A stretch of 64,000 nucleotides of DNA from Candidatus Cloacimonadales bacterium. GTDB lineage: Bacteria > Cloacimonadota > Cloacimonadia > Cloacimonadales > JAIOQZ01. The notes beneath the pieces were generated by a model. It worked only from the letters and a program-made list of their open reading frames with translations, was not told the origin of the DNA and ran no database searches. Position 1 is the stretch's first letter. Each line of letters opens with the position of its first letter. Shown piece by piece: positions 58,976 through 64,000 of this stretch. A program made the translations under genes and the position numbers. The DNA is taken from positions 1,824,001 to 1,888,000 of the forward strand of contig OY762463.1 of assembly GCA_963665815.1 (NCBI GenBank), in the 5' to 3' direction.

Positions 58976-59368
58976 ATGTATAAAATAGAAAAAAGAGACT
59001 CAGGATATTTATTATTCTTTTCCGACAATATTGGTAAAGAAGAAATGCAGAACTGGTACGATGAAAGTATGGATTATCTGGAGAATGAGAAATCGGATGG
59101 CTTCCCGGTTATTGTTGATATGCGTGATTTGAAACCTTTATCTCCTGATGCACAGAAAATTATGATAGCCGGTCAACAACTATATAGAAATGCCGGTATG
59201 GGCAGATCAGCAGTAATCGTGAATAGTACTGCTACCGTTGGTCAGTTTCAGTCGATTGCCAAAAAATCAGGTATTTTCAGCACAGAGAGATATTTTGACG
59301 GAACTGAAAATGATGCAACCCATAAAGCTCTGAGATGGGCACATGAAGGTATTGATTCTAGTTCTTGA
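58976..59368 (+). CDS. Hypothetical SpoIIAA-like/STAS-SEC14 fold protein
   Basis: VIVDMRDLKPLSP, RSAVIVNS pattern; GAGG RBS. Confidence 0.6.
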   Translation: MYKIEKRDSGYLLFFSDNIGKEEMQNWYDESMDYLENEKSDGFPVIVDMRDLKPLSPDAQKIMIAGQQLYRNAGMGRSAVIVNSTATVGQFQSIAKKSGIFSTERYFDGTENDATHKALRWAHEGIDSSS

Positions 59369-59427
59369 TGATTATTACATCTTTATCTTTTAAAATTCAC
59401 CCCTAAATCAATAATCTAATCACAATC

Positions 59428-60918
59428 TCATTTCTTAAACATCAATCCCTGAATAATATCTCCCGGTGTTATTGATGCTGTTTCTCTATATTCAGAGAGA
59501 ATCTCTGCTGTTGCCCCCAATAAATATGATCCGGAAACTGCAGCGTCTTTCAGGCAATATCCCTGTCCGATAAATGAAATGATTATTCCTGACAGAACAT
59601 CACCACTTCCACCAGTTGAGAGACCATCGTTTCCAGATTTTTCAAAGACACAGATTTCTCCATCACTGAAAACTGATACTGCTGACTTAAGCAGAACATT
59701 CACATTGAACTCAGATGTAAAATCAAGAAGCTGATGTATAGTATCCTCAATGTCATTTGAGATCAATCTTCTGAACTCACCAATATGTGGAGTAAGCAGG
59801 ATACTGTCTGATACGGCATTACTGAGAATTTCAGGATTCCTTGCCACAATGTTTATGCCATCAGCATCAATAACAACAGGTTCTTTAACAAACTCCAGAA
59901 TCGCTTTTACCAGTTCACCGGAGTAATCAGAAATTCCAAGACCAGGACCTATAAGAACACAATCATAGTCTGTCAGAAGTTCACAGAGTGCATTCCCATC
60001 AGGAAGTCCATTCTTTTCAGGAATCACTTTTGTCATTACTTCAGTCAGCTTGATCTCGAATATATCTTCCAGTCCTGCAGGGTGAAACAATGTTATTAAC
60101 CCACTTCCTGATCTGAGAGCTGCTTTGGAAGCCATCACGGCTGCACCAGTCAATCCTCTTGATCCAGCGATAATTGCTACTCTGCCGAAATCTCCTTTAT
60201 GACCGAATCTATATCTGCTCATTCTCAGGATATCAGTATGAAGAGAATAGTTAAAAGTAAATCTATCTTCAAGTAGTGGAGGTATTCCAATGTCAACTAC
60301 ATATAGTTCTCCGGCAGCCAGCAATCCCTCTCTGAGGAAATGTCCGCATTTTGGATATGCCATTGTGATTGTTGCATCAGCATTGATATATTCAATTCCC
60401 TGGCCTGTATCTGCATTAATTCCGGAAGGGATATCAATAGCATAGATAAATGCAGAAGATTCGTTAATCATGGTGAACAGATCTCTATAATGTCCTCTTG
60501 CAACACCTTTAAAACCAATTCCAAATAATGCATCAATATACAAGTCTGTTTCAGGGACTTCAACAGCATTTACTTCAAGTAAATCCATATCGGAAAGATC
60601 AATTATTTCAATGTTAAGCTTACGGCATAAGTTCAGGTTATGCTTTGTCTCCTGAGTCATTTTATCTTCATTACCACAAAGAGCAATTACGACATCAAAT
60701 CCATAGTTAAGAAGCCAGCGTGCAACTACAAAACCATCTCCCCCATTATTTCCGCTTCCGCAAAATACAACAACAGAAGTTCCATCGTCGTGATTTTCTA
60801 TTATAATTCTGGCACATTCAGCAGCAGCATTTTCCATCAATACACTACTTGCAATTCCAAATTCGTTCATGGTGTATAGATCAAGATCCTTCATCTGCTT
60901 AGCTGTAAGTACTTTCAT
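59428..60918 (-). CDS. nnr: Bifunctional NAD(P)H-hydrate epimerase/dehydratase
   Basis: LMENAA, CGSGNNGGDG, DALFGIG, DIPSG, HKGDFG, DADG, TPHIGEF, GGSGDVLSG. Confidence 0.95.
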   Translation of the reverse strand: MKVLTAKQMKDLDLYTMNEFGIASSVLMENAAAECARIIIENHDDGTSVVVFCGSGNNGGDGFVVARWLLNYGFDVVIALCGNEDKMTQETKHNLNLCRKLNIEIIDLSDMDLLEVNAVEVPETDLYIDALFGIGFKGVARGHYRDLFTMINESSAFIYAIDIPSGINADTGQGIEYINADATITMAYPKCGHFLREGLLAAGELYVVDIGIPPLLEDRFTFNYSLHTDILRMSRYRFGHKGDFGRVAIIAGSRGLTGAAVMASKAALRSGSGLITLFHPAGLEDIFEIKLTEVMTKVIPEKNGLPDGNALCELLTDYDCVLIGPGLGISDYSGELVKAILEFVKEPVVIDADGINIVARNPEILSNAVSDSILLTPHIGEFRRLISNDIEDTIHQLLDFTSEFNVNVLLKSAVSVFSDGEICVFEKSGNDGLSTGGSGDVLSGIIISFIGQGYCLKDAAVSGSYLLGATAEILSEYRETASITPGDIIQGLMFKK

Positions 60919-62135
60919 TATTCCTCCGGAAGCATGATTTCAATGGTTGTGCCTTCACTTATTGTTGATTCCAGCACTCTGATTTTACCTTTGTGATAAT
61001 CTTCAATAATTCTTTTAGCGAGACTAAGCCCAAGCCCCCATCCTCTCTTTTTACTTGTTACACCAGGTTCGAAAATCTTACTGAAGTCTGATTTAGGTAT
61101 ACCTTTGCCGGCATCCTGAATCAAAATAGATATATTTCTCTTATGACTGAATGCAGTAATAATTATATCTCCGCCTTTCTGAGTCATGGCATCTATACTG
61201 TTCTTAAGCACATTTTCAAGTGTCCAGCGGATCAAGTCAGCATCAATCAACGCCAGTTTACCTTCTATTTTGCTTATAACATGCAGATTAATCTTATTGT
61301 TGAGATTAGGCAGACGTTTTTCGAAATATGTTACAGTCTGCTGAATCATCTCATGTATGGAATGCGGATTACGCTTGATTGTCGATCCCACCTTACCAAA
61401 TCTGTTAGCAACCTTCTGCAGATGCTTCACGTCTGCTCTCATATTGTCTATCCATGACAGCATAGAATCATCACCTGATTCCAAGAGCCTCATCTGCAGC
61501 AAATCCATCCATGCCAGTAAAGATGACAGAGGAGTGCCAAACTGATGCGCTGTTTCCTTGGCAAGACCGACCCAGAGACTGTTTTTCTCAGATCTCCGCA
61601 CAAGAATGAATCCATAAAACCCAAAAGCAATGAATGATATTATCAATCCGATTTCAAAGAATGGCATATAACGGAGATATTTTACTGTCATGGAATCTCC
61701 GTAATGTACATACCCGAAAATTTTCTCTCCATAAATCTGCGGTAGCTTATAAGGAAGGCTTTTCATTGTACTCCTGAGAGCATCCTTCTCAATATTACTC
61801 AGGAAGTCATACTGAGTATTAATATCTTCCGAAATACCTACGTTCTTCCATAATTGAGGAATCCCCTCGGCATCAGCTATTATAAGAGGGTAATCAATTT
61901 TGTTTATCAAAGTCTCATTGAAGTAAGTTATCATATGAGATTCGAAATTTTTATCACCAACTATACTGAAATACTTCGCCAGTAAATTAGGCAGCACTTC
62001 CGAGTCTTTTCTTGTATGCCTTAACAGAATGTTAGAATAGAATACTATAAACACAAGCAGAAATGCACTACCTGAAAAGAAATAAATCTTCAGTATAAGA
62101 TTACTGTCTTTTCTTAATCTTTTCCCAAACTTCAT
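60918..62135 (-). CDS. Membrane sensor histidine kinase (orphan)
   Basis: Two TMs; WVGLAKETAHQFGTPLSSL H box, ENVLKNSIDA, DAGKGI, RGWGLGLSL; start 62135 preferred (track start overlaps mazG heavily). Confidence 0.9.
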   Translation of the reverse strand: MKFGKRLRKDSNLILKIYFFSGSAFLLVFIVFYSNILLRHTRKDSEVLPNLLAKYFSIVGDKNFESHMITYFNETLINKIDYPLIIADAEGIPQLWKNVGISEDINTQYDFLSNIEKDALRSTMKSLPYKLPQIYGEKIFGYVHYGDSMTVKYLRYMPFFEIGLIISFIAFGFYGFILVRRSEKNSLWVGLAKETAHQFGTPLSSLLAWMDLLQMRLLESGDDSMLSWIDNMRADVKHLQKVANRFGKVGSTIKRNPHSIHEMIQQTVTYFEKRLPNLNNKINLHVISKIEGKLALIDADLIRWTLENVLKNSIDAMTQKGGDIIITAFSHKRNISILIQDAGKGIPKSDFSKIFEPGVTSKKRGWGLGLSLAKRIIEDYHKGKIRVLESTISEGTTIEIMLPEE

Positions 62136-62874
62136 CCATTTGCTCCAGACTGGCTTCATAAATATCCAGATTGTTTTCTTTGTAATGTTTTTCCAAAAGT
62201 TTAAATCTCTTCTCAAACTTTGCAATAGATTTTTTCAGGGCAAACTCACTATCTATATTCAGTTTACGGGATAGATTAACAACAGAGAACAGAAGATCAC
62301 CAATTTCATCTTCTATATCGTCTTTATCCTTCAGTTTTACAGCTTCTACAAGCTCCTCTGTTTCTTCTCTAATTTTATCAAAAACAGGCTCAGGTTCACT
62401 CCAGTCAAACCCGGCAGAAGCTGCTTTCTCCTGCATTCTCCAAGCAATGATCAAAGCCGGCATACTCATGGGAATACCGTCAATTATAGAACGATCCTTC
62501 TTCTCCTTCTCCTTCTTCTTAAGACGTTCCCAGTTGAGTTTTACTGTAGCAGCATCAGTCATTTCCGTATCACCAAAAATATGTGGGTGCCTTCTGATAA
62601 GTTTTTCCGATATACTCTGTAATACTTCTGCGTATGTAAACTGTCCCTGCTCGTTGGCAATTCTTACCTGCATTGTTATGTGCAGAAGCAAGTCACCCAA
62701 TTCTTCTTTCAAATGATCGGAATCGTTGTTTTCTATAGCTTCAACAACCTCATATAGTTCTTCTATCATATTAGGAACAAGTGATTTTGATGTCTGTTTC
62801 AAATCCCAGGGACATCCATTTTCAGGATCTCTCAATTTATTTACAATATTTATAAGTTCTATAAAATTTTCCAT
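62101..62874 (-). CDS. mazG: Nucleoside triphosphate pyrophosphohydrolase MazG
   Basis: LRDPENGCPWD, EELGDLL, KLIRRHPHIF, GFDW, EIGDLLF. Confidence 0.96.
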   Translation of the reverse strand: MENFIELINIVNKLRDPENGCPWDLKQTSKSLVPNMIEELYEVVEAIENNDSDHLKEELGDLLLHITMQVRIANEQGQFTYAEVLQSISEKLIRRHPHIFGDTEMTDAATVKLNWERLKKKEKEKKDRSIIDGIPMSMPALIIAWRMQEKAASAGFDWSEPEPVFDKIREETEELVEAVKLKDKDDIEDEIGDLLFSVVNLSRKLNIDSEFALKKSIAKFEKRFKLLEKHYKENNLDIYEASLEQMDEVWEKIKKRQ

Positions 62875-62883
62875 TATATCCTC

Positions 62884-64000
62884 TCAGAATTTATATAGTT
62901 TCTCTTTATCTTCATATTTCATTTTGTAAAATGCGGCAATATCTTTGTTTTCAGGTTTTCTCAATTCAATATCATTTCTGATCATACTGAATGCATCCAG
63001 CTTGGAAGCTTGCAGAATTTCCTGATCCTTTACAATATTCGCAAATTTGAAAATCGGCATCCCGGACTGCTCTGTTCCGAAAAAGTCTCCCGGACCACGT
63101 ATTTCCAGGTCGCGCTCAGATATTATAAAACCGTCTGATGTTTCCACCATACTGTTCAGTCTTTTGCGAGAGTTTTCAGAAATAGGCGGATAAGCAATGA
63201 GGTAGCAGAATGATTCGTGTTCACCCCTGCCAATTCTTCCCCGCAGTTGATGAAGCTGACTAAGCCCGAATCTCTCTGCATGTTCTATAACCATTACAGA
63301 AGCATTAGGAACATCTATTCCAACCTCAATAACTGTTGTTGCCACCAGTACATTTATCTTCTTCTCTTTGAACTGCACCATAATCTCATCTTTCTCAGCA
63401 TTCTTCATCTTACCATGTAGCAAACCTATATTATAATCCGTGTATACTTCCTCTTTCAACTGCTCGTATAGCTTATCTGCAGCCAGTAAATCCAACTTTT
63501 CGGATTCTTCTATTAAAGGACAGACAAAGTAAGCCTGTCGACCTTTTTTAAGTTCTTTGGCAATATCTTTATATAGTGTCTTCTTTCGGTTCCCTGATTT
63601 CCAGTAAGTCTTAATCGGTTGTCTGGTTGGAGGAAGCTCATCGATAATACTCAGCTCAAGATCTCCATACATAGTCATGGCGAGTGAACGCGGAATTGGT
63701 GTAGCCGAAAGGTGAATGACATCCGGAAGCTCTTTCTGATCTGCCAGAACTGCTCTTTGCTGTACCCCAAATCTATGCTGTTCATCAACACAAATCAGTC
63801 CCAAACGCGCAAATTTAACATCTTTCTGAATCAATGCATGGGTTCCTACAACAATATCTACTCCACCTTCTGCAATTACCTGCTTCTGATCTTTCTTTCC
63901 TTTGTAGTTTCCACCCTTAAGAAGTGAAACCGTTATTTTCTCCTGCGATGATAACAGTTTTCTCATACTCTTGTAATGCTGTTCCGCCAGAATTTCAGTT
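62884..64000 (-). CDS. recG: ATP-dependent DNA helicase RecG (5' part outside window)
   Basis: TEILAEQH, VGTHAL, DEQHRFGV, SATPIPRS, QLHQLRGRIGRG, DLEIRGPG. Confidence 0.97.
   Translation of the reverse strand, partial: TEILAEQHYKSMRKLLSSQEKITVSLLKGGNYKGKKDQKQVIAEGGVDIVVGTHALIQKDVKFARLGLICVDEQHRFGVQQRAVLADQKELPDVIHLSATPIPRSLAMTMYGDLELSIIDELPPTRQPIKTYWKSGNRKKTLYKDIAKELKKGRQAYFVCPLIEESEKLDLLAADKLYEQLKEEVYTDYNIGLLHGKMKNAEKDEIMVQFKEKKINVLVATTVIEVGIDVPNASVMVIEHAERFGLSQLHQLRGRIGRGEHESFCYLIAYPPISENSRKRLNSMVETSDGFIISERDLEIRGPGDFFGTEQSGMPIFKFANIVKDQEILQASKLDAFSMIRNDIELRKPENKDIAAFYKMKYEDKEKLYKF

Overview
AT-rich bacterial chromosomal segment, most consistent with an anaerobic diderm of the Cloacimonadota/FCB type (inferred from secreted proteins ending in the 'GNYPNPFNP...SGVYF..KKC.LIK' FlgD-Ig/T9SS-A-like domain, and from TolC and beta-barrel genes). 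1-21.3 kb: a tightly coupled minus-strand locus with signalling genes (histidine kinase, two response regulators with degenerate c-di-GMP domains, a PAS/PP2C-like/RsbW-type kinase, a STAS protein), about eight glycosyl- and phosphoglycosyltransferases, sugar epimerases, a pol-beta-type nucleotidyltransferase and a GNAT. It runs straight into an NRPS (A-PCP) that is missing from the ORF track because it leaves the window. A sigma-54 -24/-12 promoter heads the 18 kb operon. 23.9-30.5 kb: a TetR-controlled RND efflux operon with a degenerate QueD-like gene inside it and two matching operators. 31-43 kb: rpmF-plsX-fabHDG-acpP-fabF-rnc extended by a radical SAM gene and envelope genes. 43-64 kb: pdp, aminotransferase, amidohydrolase, LOG family, secG with an unusual tRNA-Leu(AAG), an archaeal-type GAPOR-like oxidoreductase, two tandem beta-helix/PKD secreted paralogs each with a sigma-54 motif, lysS, nnr, a sensor kinase, mazG and partial recG. 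No CRISPR array, IS or prophage was seen. All calls come from reading motifs by eye; no database searches were run.
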